From an uncultured Pseudomonadota bacterium (GTDB lineage: Bacteria; Oederibacteriota; Muellerivitia; Muellerivitales; Muellerivitaceae): 64,000 nucleotides of DNA. The stretch is taken from NCBI GenBank assembly GCA_963770835.1, contig CAVYRH010000004.1, forward strand, positions 576,001 through 640,000. The letters are read 5' to 3'. Below are positions 46,445-56,112 of the stretch, piece by piece. The position numbers and the translations under genes are program-made. The notes under the pieces are model-generated. The model was not told the origin of the DNA and ran no database searches. It saw nothing but the letters and a program-made list of their open reading frames with translations. The number at the start of each line of letters is the position of its first letter. Within the stretch, counting starts at the first letter, position 1.

Positions 46445-47875
46445 TTAGAACTGCAACTGGAGCTGCATCCTTCCGACCGGCACGAGGCCGATGCGGGTAT
46501 TGGCGGCGTTGATGCCGGAGTTGGCTGATCCGGGCATTTCGGCCACCAGGTACATGCCGTCGTCGCTGTGCACCTCGACCGTGTTGAGCATCCACATAGT
46601 CTCGGCCGTCAGCTTCACGTCGCTGTTGACGTGCAGGGTGATGGACGGGAGGGTGAGGTCATAGATGGGGTCGCTGTTCACGAAGATCGGGGCGTAGAAG
46701 GTGCCCCCGATCGCGATCCCATTGGGATTCCGCTTCGTATAGGTGCCCATCATGTTGATGTCGGGAATGACCACGGCGAAACGGCCGGCCACTTCCCAGG
46801 GGTTGTCACCCACGGAAGCGATCACTTCGCCGCCGCCGATGTTGATGGCTTCCTTCTGCCCAATCGTGACCGCTTGGCCCGCGAGGGCCGTCGTTTGGGT
46901 TTCATACGGCATCGCCTTACCTACGGTCATGTCATAGTGCGCGACCATGGCCTGTCCGGTTAAAGTGAAGGTCGTATCCGCCAGGGGAGACCGGACTTGG
47001 AAGTCCGCCCCATACTGCCAATAGTTGGCCGTCACCGGGCTGGCCCCGGCCGCCCCTAAAAAGGGATTGAACACCGAGGAAATCAATACGTTGCCGTATT
47101 GGCTGTTGGCGTTGAAGGTGGAAAGATAACCGCCACCCAGGGACAAATCGTCGCTATGCCCCGCGTTGCTGTCCGCGGCTAAGTAGCCGGTCAGGTGGGC
47201 GGCCCATTCCAGCTTGTCCGGCTTTACGAAACCGGTTTGTTTGGGATGGAAAGGATCGTCGGCGATCCCCTCGTTTAGCCCAACCCGCAGGAACATGGGT
47301 GTGGGGAAGTTGAGGATTTCCGGCAGGTAGCGCTGGATGACATCCGGCCCACCTTGGACCAAGCCGAACTGGCCGTCCAAGTCGCCCAGGTGGCCATAGA
47401 GCGCGGCGCCCGTGTCATAACCTTGGTTGAAGAACAGGTTGAACATGGGGTCCTTTTCGCTGAAAAGCTGGTTGCCTTCGTAGATGGCGCTTTCCAGGTT
47501 GCCCGGCACCTTGAACTGCCCGACTTTCCCGGTGATCATGTCGGGGATGATCGGGATGTTGACGCTGGCGTCCAGCAGGTTCAACTGGTTGTTGCTGCTG
47601 TTGATGGCTTCCCCGCCGAAGGCCACCTCGAAGTTCCAGGAGTAGCCCTGGTAGGTACCGCTGGTGAAGAGGCGGTCTTCCTCGTCCCAGAGGTAGATAC
47701 GGAAATGCTGGCGGATGTAGTCATCCGTTTCCAATTCCGCGTCGCCCATGACCTGGATACGGCCGCCGAACGACAGGTCCAGATCGTCGTTCTTGAAGAT
47801 TTCGGCCGCTTTCCCGTGGGCGGTGAAGCCCAGCAGGAAGGTGAGTCCTAACAACAACTTCCATAGCTTTTTCAT
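46445..47875 (-). CDS. Outer-membrane porin-like beta-barrel
   Basis: Signal peptide, FGGRIQ, VGQFKVP (porin O/P-like), C-terminal QLQLQF. Confidence 0.72.
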   Translation of the reverse strand: MKKLWKLLLGLTFLLGFTAHGKAAEIFKNDDLDLSFGGRIQVMGDAELETDDYIRQHFRIYLWDEEDRLFTSGTYQGYSWNFEVAFGGEAINSSNNQLNLLDASVNIPIIPDMITGKVGQFKVPGNLESAIYEGNQLFSEKDPMFNLFFNQGYDTGAALYGHLGDLDGQFGLVQGGPDVIQRYLPEILNFPTPMFLRVGLNEGIADDPFHPKQTGFVKPDKLEWAAHLTGYLAADSNAGHSDDLSLGGGYLSTFNANSQYGNVLISSVFNPFLGAAGASPVTANYWQYGADFQVRSPLADTTFTLTGQAMVAHYDMTVGKAMPYETQTTALAGQAVTIGQKEAINIGGGEVIASVGDNPWEVAGRFAVVIPDINMMGTYTKRNPNGIAIGGTFYAPIFVNSDPIYDLTLPSITLHVNSDVKLTAETMWMLNTVEVHSDDGMYLVAEMPGSANSGINAANTRIGLVPVGRMQLQLQF

Positions 47876-47909
47876 TTCTACTCCTCCTTGTTTTTAACAA
47901 CCCTCAACT

Positions 47910-48686
47910 TTAATTTTTCGCTTCCGAATTGGCTTCACCCACCGGCGCGAAGACAACGTCGTAATAAATATCGATCCCGTCCGAGCAGGTGATCGAAGTC
48001 ACCAGCAGGGAGATCGAAGGGGGCGTGACCTTAAAGTCGGACATCTTCAACTTTTGGTCGCCTTTGAGCTCTACTTGCCCATTCGTGACCGTCGTATCGG
48101 CCGTCAAGGTGACAGGCGCGGTTGTCCCGGCAATGGTCAGGTTTCCCGTGGCGGTCATGACGTAGGAACCGTCTTTCGCGCCAGCGGCCAAAGTTTCTTT
48201 TTCCAGGTCGAACTTGATTTCGGGATTCTGGTCGGACTTCAGGGCCTTATAGGCGTTGTTGTCCAGCCCTGACTCGCGGGATTTGAAATCCTTGACCGGC
48301 ACCGCGAAGGCCATGGAACTTACCTCGCCCGCTTGGAGGGCTTTCAGGGGATCCTTCGAGGCTTTCCCCTTAAGGACCGCCGAGCCCTTCAGGGTGTTCG
48401 CGTGCATCTGGTACTTGTGAAGGGTGGAATCGCCCTCCATGTATAAGAAGCTTCCGGCTTTGAGGGTGAGAAGCGATCCGCCGGTGGCGGTGACGCTGTC
48501 GGCCGCCTGGATGGTTGCGGGTTTCTGGTACCAATGGGTCTCGCTTTGGCTCGTCAATTGGTTCCCCAATTGGTTGCCGCCCCCGTTGGAGGGAGTGGCG
48601 CTATCCGCCAGCACCGTCAAGGCTGAGGCCGCCGTCAGGCCCATCATCGAGATGAGGATCAGCGTAAAGTTTTTCATGTTCGTCAT
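47910..48686 (-). CDS. Secreted YceI-family protein
   Basis: EGDSTLH, PVKDFKS.ESGLD and GNLTIAG; same subtype as 13347-14048. Confidence 0.8.
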   Translation of the reverse strand: MTNMKNFTLILISMMGLTAASALTVLADSATPSNGGGNQLGNQLTSQSETHWYQKPATIQAADSVTATGGSLLTLKAGSFLYMEGDSTLHKYQMHANTLKGSAVLKGKASKDPLKALQAGEVSSMAFAVPVKDFKSRESGLDNNAYKALKSDQNPEIKFDLEKETLAAGAKDGSYVMTATGNLTIAGTTAPVTLTADTTVTNGQVELKGDQKLKMSDFKVTPPSISLLVTSITCSDGIDIYYDVVFAPVGEANSEAKN

Positions 48687-48721
48687 TTCTCCTTGTTGAA
48701 ATGGACTACATCACCCACTAG

Positions 48722-48737
48722 AGCAACCTGAATGCCA
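48722..48737 (-). promoter_or_regulatory. Sigma54 promoter of the yceI-porin-SRPBCC operon
   Basis: TGGCATTCAGGTTGCT on the minus strand. Confidence 0.8.
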
Positions 48738-48807
48738 GCCTTCCCGATCCGGTTGGATAAGGGATTTCAACGGTTTTTCCATTTTTGGACCCCGGGGGAA
48801 GTGGCGT

Positions 48808-48825
48808 TATGGCGTGACCGCCATG
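48808..48825. promoter_or_regulatory. Enhancer palindrome
   Basis: TATGGCG-TGAC-CGCCATG; same motif at 54042-54059. Confidence 0.65.
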
Positions 48826-48892
48826 GCACCGCTTACTGAAGCCCCGGTCCGGCAAAAGTAAAATCCACGTTGCTTCCAGGGCGCATCATGCC

Positions 48893-49074
48893 CCACAGGG
48901 GCGGTTGATTCTATGAGCGAGGTCATAGATAAATATTTTTTTGGATGGGTTCTCACGGGGTCGGCCAGGGACTCATGATGCATTCCCGAAAGAGTTGAAA
49001 AATAAGGAGAAAATAAAAACGGCGCAGTAATACACCGCCACCTGGGCGGTTGATTTTATGACATGCATCATAAA
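48893..49074. repeat. Two direct repeats, each containing a TATGA-N6-TCATA site
   Basis: GGGCGGTTGATTYTATGA-N6-TCATA at about 48898 and 49044 (palindromes 48912-48927 and 49057-49072). Confidence 0.75.
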
Positions 49075-49272
49075 GTTGTGTCCTGGGGAATGTTCCATTG
49101 GTTCAGTTGGGGACGTCCGGAACATCTACGGCAAGGGCAAACAAAAATAAAAAGGAAGGCCGCAAAGCAACCGAGGCTTGGTTGCGTTTTGGGGAATTGT
49201 GGAATCCGATTTTAGGTTCCAGCGACCCGTGAATCCTGGACAGGAAGGGGAAAAAAGCGAAAGTGATGGGTC

Positions 49273-49288
49273 TATGATTTTCGTCATA
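49273..49288. promoter_or_regulatory. Crp/Fnr-type site upstream of the His-less kinase gene
   Basis: TATGA-TTTTCG-TCATA. Confidence 0.55.
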
Positions 49289-49372
49289 GGGCGCGAAACG
49301 GATTGCGGGATGATAACGCTTGAGGCCGTATTTTTTGAATTTACCTGTTTGTTAAGAATCTGAGGAGGAGTT

Positions 49373-50731
49373 TTGGCGCACTTCCAGCATGAAATAAGGT
49401 CCGAGAGACTTAGCTGGTTTATCTACCTGCGTTGGGGGGCGGTGGCGGGCGCCTTGGCCATTTTATTGGCGGGGCCCTGGCTGGTGCCAATGGCCATCCA
49501 ATACGGGAAGATCGGCGCCTGCGTTTTGATCCTTGGCGTTTTGAACGCAATCTACCTTATGTATTGGGAAAGGTTGAAGTCCTCACAGCCATCCCCGATG
49601 GATTTCGCGAAGAAAGTTCATTTCTTCCTGCATTTCCAAATGGCCACCGACCTGGCCCTTTTAACCGCCATGCTTTATTTCAGCGGCGGCGCCAAGAACC
49701 CACTGATCCTTTTTTATCTTTTTCACCTGGCCATCAGCGCGATTCTTTTCAACCAGGCCGAAAGCCTTTTCTACGCGGCCCTGGCTTTGCTGCTTCCCTG
49801 GGTTCTTTATTTACTCGAATGGGGAGGTTTCTTGACCGCGGATCCCTGGCCGGGGATATCGGGGGTTTCCGGTGACCACGAGCAATCCATTCTTTGGGCT
49901 TACTCGGTGGCGGTGGCGGGCCTATGGTTCTTCCTTTCCCGCCTGGGGTTGGACGTCGAGACGAAGGAACAAGCGCTACGGGAGACCGGGGAAAAACTTC
50001 AAACCGCCAACGAGGCGCTGAAACAGCTGGACGTCTACAAGAACCAGTTCCTCAAACAAGTAGTCTTCCAATTGAAGAAGCCCGCCATCGAAATGGATTT
50101 CGACCTCTCCGCGGTCGAGAGCGCCATCGACGCGAAAAATGAAAAGGCCTTGGAGGCCGTCCAAACGGCCAAGAAGCGGATTTGGATCCTCCTGGAACTT
50201 ATCGAGGATTTGGTCTGGCTTTCCCGGACGCAGGCCGGCGAAACGCCGCTTAAGAAGTCGTGGGTGAACGTTTATGAAACCCTTCTCAAACGGATCCAAA
50301 CCGTGGAAGAGAAGGCCCACCAGAAAGGAATCACCTTTCAACTCCATGGGGAGCCCCAGACGCGCCTCCTGGCGGACCCGGAGTCGTTCGAAAGGGTCGC
50401 GGACAACCTTTTCTCCAACGCGGTCAAATACACCCCCGTCGGCAAGAGCAGCGTTTTAGTGGCCTTTCACCCTGAGGGGAACTGGCTCGTTTTCACCGTG
50501 GAGGACGAGGGCATCGGCATCCCGCCCAAACAGCAGAAAAAACTGTTCCAGGAATTTTTCCGGGCCACCAACGCCAGGACCATGGAAAAGTTCGGGACTG
50601 GCCTGGGCCTTTCCATCGTCAAGCAGGTCATGGACCTCCATGGGGGCCGGGTGTCGCTGTCCAGCGAAACCAAAAAGGGAACAAAGATCGAGACTTGGTG
50701 GCCTTTTACGGCAACCGGTGCTCCTACCTGA
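49373..50731 (+). CDS. Multi-TM histidine-kinase-like protein lacking the phospho-His
   Basis: N, G1, F and G2 boxes intact (NAVKY, DEGIG, GTGLGL); H-box reads KNQFLKQVVFQLKKP. Confidence 0.85.
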   Translation: MAHFQHEIRSERLSWFIYLRWGAVAGALAILLAGPWLVPMAIQYGKIGACVLILGVLNAIYLMYWERLKSSQPSPMDFAKKVHFFLHFQMATDLALLTAMLYFSGGAKNPLILFYLFHLAISAILFNQAESLFYAALALLLPWVLYLLEWGGFLTADPWPGISGVSGDHEQSILWAYSVAVAGLWFFLSRLGLDVETKEQALRETGEKLQTANEALKQLDVYKNQFLKQVVFQLKKPAIEMDFDLSAVESAIDAKNEKALEAVQTAKKRIWILLELIEDLVWLSRTQAGETPLKKSWVNVYETLLKRIQTVEEKAHQKGITFQLHGEPQTRLLADPESFERVADNLFSNAVKYTPVGKSSVLVAFHPEGNWLVFTVEDEGIGIPPKQQKKLFQEFFRATNARTMEKFGTGLGLSIVKQVMDLHGGRVSLSSETKKGTKIETWWPFTATGAPT

Positions 50732-50923
50732 CAGTTAAGCTTCCCTCCGCTTTCCGCACTTCTTTCGGCATTTATTAATGAACCAAAATGGGATTAACGA
50801 GCAATTTAACGTGTCCGCCTTAACCCTGCTTGGCAAAATTACCCTTTCCAAGCCATAATGGCGCACCTGCCCGGGGAAAACGCCGTTGGCCCCGCTGGTG
50901 AATGACCAACCTAAGGGGAAGAT

Positions 50924-52123
50924 TTGGCCCGCAAGAAAACCACGCGAAAAGTTCAAAAAAAACCGGCTCCTAAGGCCAAAGTTTTGGGCGGGCTCAAGCG
51001 CCTCCTTGACGCGCAAGTCCAATTGAACCGCTTCCGGGGCATCCTGGAGGCAGCTCCCGACTCCATGATCATCGTGGGCAAGGATGGAAAGATAGTCCTC
51101 ATCAACGCCCAAACCGAAATCCTTTTCGGGTACAAACGGGAAGAGTTACTAGGACAACCGATCGAGGTACTGATCCCCGAAAGGTACCGGGCCAACCATC
51201 CCAGCCACCGGGGCGGGTTCTTCGCCTCCCCCAAGACCCGTCCCATGGGGGCGGGCCTCGACCTTTACGCCCTGCGCAAGGACGGAAGCGAGTTTCCGGC
51301 GGAGATTTCCCTCAGCCCCACCGAAACGCCGGAAGGGCATTTCGTCACGGCGGCCATCCGCGACGTGACCGAGCGCAAACGGCAATTGGAAGAGGAAAAC
51401 CGCCGGATGCAGGAGGCTACACGCCTCAAAAGCGAGTTCCTGGCCAACATGTCCCACGAGCTGCGCACCCCCTTGAACGCCATCATCGGGTTCTCCGAGC
51501 TCATGGTGAACGAGAAAGTCGGCCCCCTCTCGGCCGAGCACAAGGAATACCTGGGCGACATCCTGACCTCCGCCCGGCACCTGCTGCAGCTCATCAACGA
51601 CGTGCTGGACCTGACCAAGGTCGAGGCGGGGAAAATGGAATTCCGTCCCGAAATCCTGGACCTTCCCAAGGTGACCACCGAAGTAAAGGACATCCTGAGG
51701 GGCCTGGCGGCGGCCAAACGCATCACCGTGGAAGTCAAAATCGACCCCACCCTCCCGAGGGTCCTGCTGGACGGCGGCAAGTACAAGCAAGTGCTTTACA
51801 ATTTCCTGTCCAACGCCATCAAGTTCACGCCCGAAAACGGCCGGGTTTCCATCAACGCCGTTCCGGAAGAAAACGGGATGTTCCGCCTCTCAGTGAAAGA
51901 CAATGGGATCGGCATCAAGGCCGAGGACAGGCACAAGCTTTTCATCGAATTCACCCAGTTGGACCAGGGTACGGCCAAGAAATACGCAGGCACTGGACTG
52001 GGGTTGGCCCTGACCAAGCGCATCGTAGAAGCCCAGGGTGGACGGGTGGAGGTCCAAAGCCAGGCGGGAGTGGGTAGTACCTTCTCGGCGGTACTACCGT
52101 TGGAAATGGAATCGAAAAAATAA
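50924..52123 (+). CDS. Cytoplasmic PAS sensor histidine kinase
   Basis: PAS/PAC (LEAAPD...[14 protein letters not shown]...IRDVTE), SHELRTP, NAIKF and GTGLGL. Confidence 0.93.
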   Translation: MARKKTTRKVQKKPAPKAKVLGGLKRLLDAQVQLNRFRGILEAAPDSMIIVGKDGKIVLINAQTEILFGYKREELLGQPIEVLIPERYRANHPSHRGGFFASPKTRPMGAGLDLYALRKDGSEFPAEISLSPTETPEGHFVTAAIRDVTERKRQLEEENRRMQEATRLKSEFLANMSHELRTPLNAIIGFSELMVNEKVGPLSAEHKEYLGDILTSARHLLQLINDVLDLTKVEAGKMEFRPEILDLPKVTTEVKDILRGLAAAKRITVEVKIDPTLPRVLLDGGKYKQVLYNFLSNAIKFTPENGRVSINAVPEENGMFRLSVKDNGIGIKAEDRHKLFIEFTQLDQGTAKKYAGTGLGLALTKRIVEAQGGRVEVQSQAGVGSTFSAVLPLEMESKK

Positions 52124-52137
52124 TCGTTTGAGGTATT

Positions 52138-52527
52138 TTGATGGCGGGTGAACCGATCCTCATCGTCGACGACAATGTAACCAATCTTAAATTGACCCGG
52201 ATTGTTCTCATTAAGGAAGGTTACGCGATCCAGACGGCGGCTAATGCGGAGGAAGCTATCCGTAAAATGATGGAAGGATTTAAGCCCCGGCTGATCCTGA
52301 TGGACATTCAGCTTCCTGGAATGGATGGCCTCGCGCTGACGCGCCAACTCAAATCGGCCCCTGAAACCAAAGATATTGTCGTAGTGGCCCTGACGGCCTA
52401 TGCCATGAAAGCAGACGAGGAAAGGGCCCGCGCCGCTGGCTGCGATGGCTACATCGCCAAGCCCATCGACACCCAAACCTTTCCTGCGTTGATCGCGGAT
52501 TATCTGAAGAGAGAAAAGGCTTCATGA
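52138..52527 (+). CDS. Single-domain response regulator (DivK-like)
   Basis: VDDN, LMDIQLPGMDG, ALTAYAM and KPI. Confidence 0.9.
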   Translation: MMAGEPILIVDDNVTNLKLTRIVLIKEGYAIQTAANAEEAIRKMMEGFKPRLILMDIQLPGMDGLALTRQLKSAPETKDIVVVALTAYAMKADEERARAAGCDGYIAKPIDTQTFPALIADYLKREKAS

Positions 52528-53918
52528 AAAAAATCCTGGTCATCGACGACGACCCCATCGAACGGCGGCTTCTCCAGGCGGTCCTGGGAAAGGCGGGCGG
52601 TTTCGAGGTGATTACGGCGGAAAACGGCCAATTGGGCCTGGAAAGGGCCGTGGATTCGGTCGGCGCCGTCATCCTGGACCTCCAACTGCCCGACATGAGC
52701 GGCATGGACGTCCTGAAAAAGCTCAAGGCGGCCCGGCCCCAGCTTCCGGTCATCATGCTCACCGGCGTCACCGACCTCCAGACGGCGGTGGAGGCCACCC
52801 AGGCCGGCGCCTACAACTACCTCACCAAGCCCTTCGAGAACGACCAGCTGCTCATCACCCTCAAGCGCGCCATGGAGCAAGACGAACTTCTGGCGGAAAT
52901 GGCCCAGCTCCGCCGGCAGGCGGGGAAGGGCCCGGCCTTGACCCGCATCATGGGCCAAGGGGACGCGATCCAAGAGGTGATCCAGCAGATCCAAAAAGTG
53001 GCCGGCTCCACGCTCACGGTCCTCATCCAGGGGGAGACGGGCACGGGCAAGGAACTTGTGGCGCGGGCCCTGCACGAGGAAAGCTCCCGCCGCCAAAAAC
53101 CCTTCGTGGCGGTGGACTGCGGCGCCCTGGCGGAAAACCTGCTGGAATCCGAGCTTTTCGGCCACGAGAAGGGGGCCTTCACGGGGGCTGACCGCAAAAA
53201 GGAAGGCCAACTGGTGCTGGCACAAGGCGGCACGCTCTTCCTGGACGAGGTTGGCAATTTGCCCATGGGCCTCCAGGCCAAGCTCCTGAGGGTCTTGCAG
53301 GAACGCCAGGTGAAGCCCGTGGGTGCCGAGAAATTAATCCCCATCGACGTGCGCTTCATCGCCGCCACCAACGCCCCCCTCGAGGAGGAGGCCAGGGCCG
53401 GCAAGTTCCGCCAGGACCTTTATTACCGCTTGGCCGAATTTACGGTCAATCTCCCCCCCTTGCGAAAGAGGCCAGAGGACCTTTCTTTGCTGGCCAACCG
53501 GTTCCGTGAAGAGGCATCCACTGAATTTCGCAAGCCGGTTGTCACCTTTTCGGGGGAGGCTGTTATGCTGCTTTCGGCCCACGCTTGGCCGGGCAACGTC
53601 CGCGAATTGCGGAATGTGGTGCGCCAAGCCGTTTTATTAACGCCCGATTCCATGGTCAATGAGGAACAGATTCGGGAGTTGTTGGGGAAGAAAGCCACCC
53701 ATGAATCCATCGGGCCGGTCGAAGTGCCCATCCCAGCCGGGCTTTCCCTGAAACAAATCGCCGAGGCCGCCGTGGAAGAGGCGGAAAAACAAGCCATCCG
53801 CAACACTCTCAAAGCCACGGGTGGCAACAAGTCCCAAGCCGCCAAAATCCTCAAGACGGACTACAAGACCCTCCACGTCAAAGTCAAGAAGTACGGCCTC
53901 CAAGCCAAAGAAGACTAA
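52524..53918 (+). CDS. NtrC-family sigma54-dependent response regulator
   Basis: REC domain, GETGTGKE, GAFTGA, FLDE, WPGNVREL and HTH. Confidence 0.93.
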   Translation: MKKILVIDDDPIERRLLQAVLGKAGGFEVITAENGQLGLERAVDSVGAVILDLQLPDMSGMDVLKKLKAARPQLPVIMLTGVTDLQTAVEATQAGAYNYLTKPFENDQLLITLKRAMEQDELLAEMAQLRRQAGKGPALTRIMGQGDAIQEVIQQIQKVAGSTLTVLIQGETGTGKELVARALHEESSRRQKPFVAVDCGALAENLLESELFGHEKGAFTGADRKKEGQLVLAQGGTLFLDEVGNLPMGLQAKLLRVLQERQVKPVGAEKLIPIDVRFIAATNAPLEEEARAGKFRQDLYYRLAEFTVNLPPLRKRPEDLSLLANRFREEASTEFRKPVVTFSGEAVMLLSAHAWPGNVRELRNVVRQAVLLTPDSMVNEEQIRELLGKKATHESIGPVEVPIPAGLSLKQIAEAAVEEAEKQAIRNTLKATGGNKSQAAKILKTDYKTLHVKVKKYGLQAKED

Positions 53919-53929
53919 AAATCTTTTTT

Positions 53930-54017
53930 ACCACAGAGGTCACAGAGAACACGGAGTAAGACTTTTTGTTTTCCCAAGAATAATTTTGGCCTCTGTGTAC
54001 TCCGTGCACTCTGTGGT
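53930..54017. repeat. CACAGAG-periodic inverted repeat
   Basis: accacagaggtcacagagaacacggag...ctctgtgtactccgtgcactctgtggt. Confidence 0.8.
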
Positions 54018-54041
54018 TCAAGATGTTTATGGTTTTTCGGC

Positions 54042-54059
54042 TATGGCGTTGACGCCATA
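54042..54059. promoter_or_regulatory. Enhancer palindrome
   Basis: TATGGCG-TTGA-CGCCATA. Confidence 0.65.
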
Positions 54060-54119
54060 ATCCCCTGAAATTCCCGTTTCCGGCTTCGTAAAAACCCTGA
54101 TTTTTCCATCATCCGCGAC

Positions 54120-54135
54120 TGGCATCTCCCTTGCG
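54120..54135 (+). promoter_or_regulatory. Sigma54 promoter of the receiver-crp operon
   Basis: TGGCATCTCCCTTGCG. Confidence 0.8.
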
Positions 54136-54176
54136 GTAGAGGCTCCCGAGATTTAAAAAACAAGGGAGCAGTCCCC

Positions 54177-54599
54177 ATGCCGAATGAACCCATCCTCATC
54201 GTTGATGACAACCCCATGAACCTGAAACTGGGAAAACGCGTACTGGAACTGGAGCAATACCAGGTGCTGACCGCCAAGAGCGCCGAGGAAACCCTCAAAG
54301 TTCTGGAATATTTTCATCCCAAATTAATCCTAATGGATTTCCAATTGCCCGACGTGGACGGCGTGGAGCTGACCCAAAAGGTGAAGGCGGACCCCAAAAA
54401 CCGGGACATCGTCATCCTCTTGGCGACTTCCTACGACCAGCAGGGCGACGAGGCCAAAGCGCGGGCGGCGGGGTGCAATGGCTACCTCCAAAAACCCCTC
54501 GACACGCAGGCACTTCCGGTAATCATCGCGGGCTATGTCCGCGAGGGTTCCCATGGCACCGGCCAATCCGGGAAAAACATTGAACCAACAAGACACTAA
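54177..54599 (+). CDS. Single-domain response regulator (paralog of 52138-52527)
   Basis: VDDN, LMDFQLP and KPLDT. Confidence 0.88.
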   Translation: MPNEPILIVDDNPMNLKLGKRVLELEQYQVLTAKSAEETLKVLEYFHPKLILMDFQLPDVDGVELTQKVKADPKNRDIVILLATSYDQQGDEAKARAAGCNGYLQKPLDTQALPVIIAGYVREGSHGTGQSGKNIEPTRH

Positions 54600-54630
54600 G
54601 TAAGTTATTTAAAAATCAAGGAGAATAACC

Positions 54631-55329
54631 ATGTTGACCATGAACAGAACCAAGATTACACCGGCCCTGGCGGTGCCCAAAAGTTTTCTAGCCACCATGG
54701 AAATCTTCAAAAGGGTTCCCGTGGAGGCTTTGAAGGAGATCGAAAAAAGAATGGTGGAGAAGAAATACGCCAAGCAGGATTCCATCCTTTTGGAAGGCGA
54801 CCCGGCGGAGTCCGTGTGGTTCGTCAAGGAAGGCCATGTGAAAGCCGTATCCCATGTCGCCAGCGGACGGTGCCAGACCCTTTGCATGGTGGGTCCCCGC
54901 GCTATGTTCGGCACCTGCTGCTGTTTCGGCGGAGGGAAATACCCCTGCCATAGCATGGCCGAGACCGAAGTGACGGTGGTTTCCCTGCCGATGACGGATT
55001 TTTCCGATCTTTTGTCGAGGTTCCCCCAGATCGGCCTGGCCTTGATCGCGCAAATCTCCGACCGCTTGCGCCGGTCCAAGGATACGCAGGCTTTCGACCA
55101 GGAAACGGTGGAAAAACGCATCCTGCACGTGTTGAAGGAGCTGGTGGAGGAATTCGGAACCACCATTCCCTTGACCCGCAGGGAAGTGGCCGAAATGGTG
55201 GGCACCACGGTGGAAACCTCCATCCGTACCTTTTCCCGCTTTGAGGACGAAGGCCTGGTCGCCACAAGCCGGGGACGGATTCTGGTCAAGAACTTGAAGG
55301 ATCTGGCGGATAGGCTGGAAGCGGCTTAA
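54631..55329 (+). CDS. Crp/Fnr family regulator with Cys-rich sensor domain
   Basis: EGDPA..V.FV.EG.VK cNMP-like barrel; HTH LTRREVAEMVGTTVETSIR. Confidence 0.9.
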   Translation: MLTMNRTKITPALAVPKSFLATMEIFKRVPVEALKEIEKRMVEKKYAKQDSILLEGDPAESVWFVKEGHVKAVSHVASGRCQTLCMVGPRAMFGTCCCFGGGKYPCHSMAETEVTVVSLPMTDFSDLLSRFPQIGLALIAQISDRLRRSKDTQAFDQETVEKRILHVLKELVEEFGTTIPLTRREVAEMVGTTVETSIRTFSRFEDEGLVATSRGRILVKNLKDLADRLEAA

Positions 55330-55701
55330 AGGCAGTCCACGGCTCTTAGTCGACAGTCGGCAGCAAAAGCGTAAAAGCAAAACAAAGGATTGTCGGATGA
55401 AGAACTACACGAAAAACACCCGAAAAAAGAACCTTCCTATCGCCCGGCACCAGATCCTCGTATTCAAAGAGGAAATACCTACGGTTTATGCCCGGTGGCT
55501 TTCTATCGACCCTCTCTTCCTCGAGGCGTATGATTATGAGACCTTTCGAGCCAATCCCATCCAGTCCAATTGACAGGGACCAACTGCCCGAATCCAGCGA
55601 TGGGTGGCTGATGCTGATCCTCTCGCAGGATGATTGGGCCGCCTGGATGGCCGAGGAAGTCCGGCGCGACACCTTCCTCTATCCGCCGTCGGAAAACTAA
55701 A

Positions 55702-56112
55702 ATGAGAAGCCAAGAAAAAAAAGTCATCCAATGCTTCAACGAGGGGAACTGGGAAAAACTGGTTCTTCACTCGGAAATACCGGTCTTCGTGGATTTCCTG
55801 TTCCCTGAACGCCCTGCTTCCATCACCGGTTCGCCCGACCTCTTGAGATTGGGCCAGGAATGGGCGGGCGTCGCCGAAGCCGGTTACCTGGACGTCTCCC
55901 GGGACTTATCCCTGGTTTTGAAGTATCCCATCGTGGACCTTCCGACTCTGTCCCTTTTTTACATGGGGAAAATCGTAAAATCCTTCGTTGGCCTCTCCCG
56001 CTTCCGCCAGAATTTCCAAGAGTTGGTTTTCCCGCTTTTCTCCCGGTTTCCATCCGGCGATTCCATGACCTGGATCATAAGTAAACCCACCGAACCTCAT
56101 AAAATTAACTAA
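55702..56112 (+). CDS. Thioredoxin-fold protein lacking CxxC
   Basis: F...NWEKLVLHSEIPVFVDF...YPIVDLPTL..F..GK..KSFVG; the WCxxC position reads ERPAS. Confidence 0.6.
   Translation: MRSQEKKVIQCFNEGNWEKLVLHSEIPVFVDFLFPERPASITGSPDLLRLGQEWAGVAEAGYLDVSRDLSLVLKYPIVDLPTLSLFYMGKIVKSFVGLSRFRQNFQELVFPLFSRFPSGDSMTWIISKPTEPHKIN

Noticed and set aside
49135..49185. GGGCAAAC...GGCCGCAAAGC resembling a c-di-GMP-I riboswitch
   Set aside because: The intervening aaaaataaaaaggaa cannot form the required stem with a GNRA loop, and the downstream tetraloop-receptor stem is missing.
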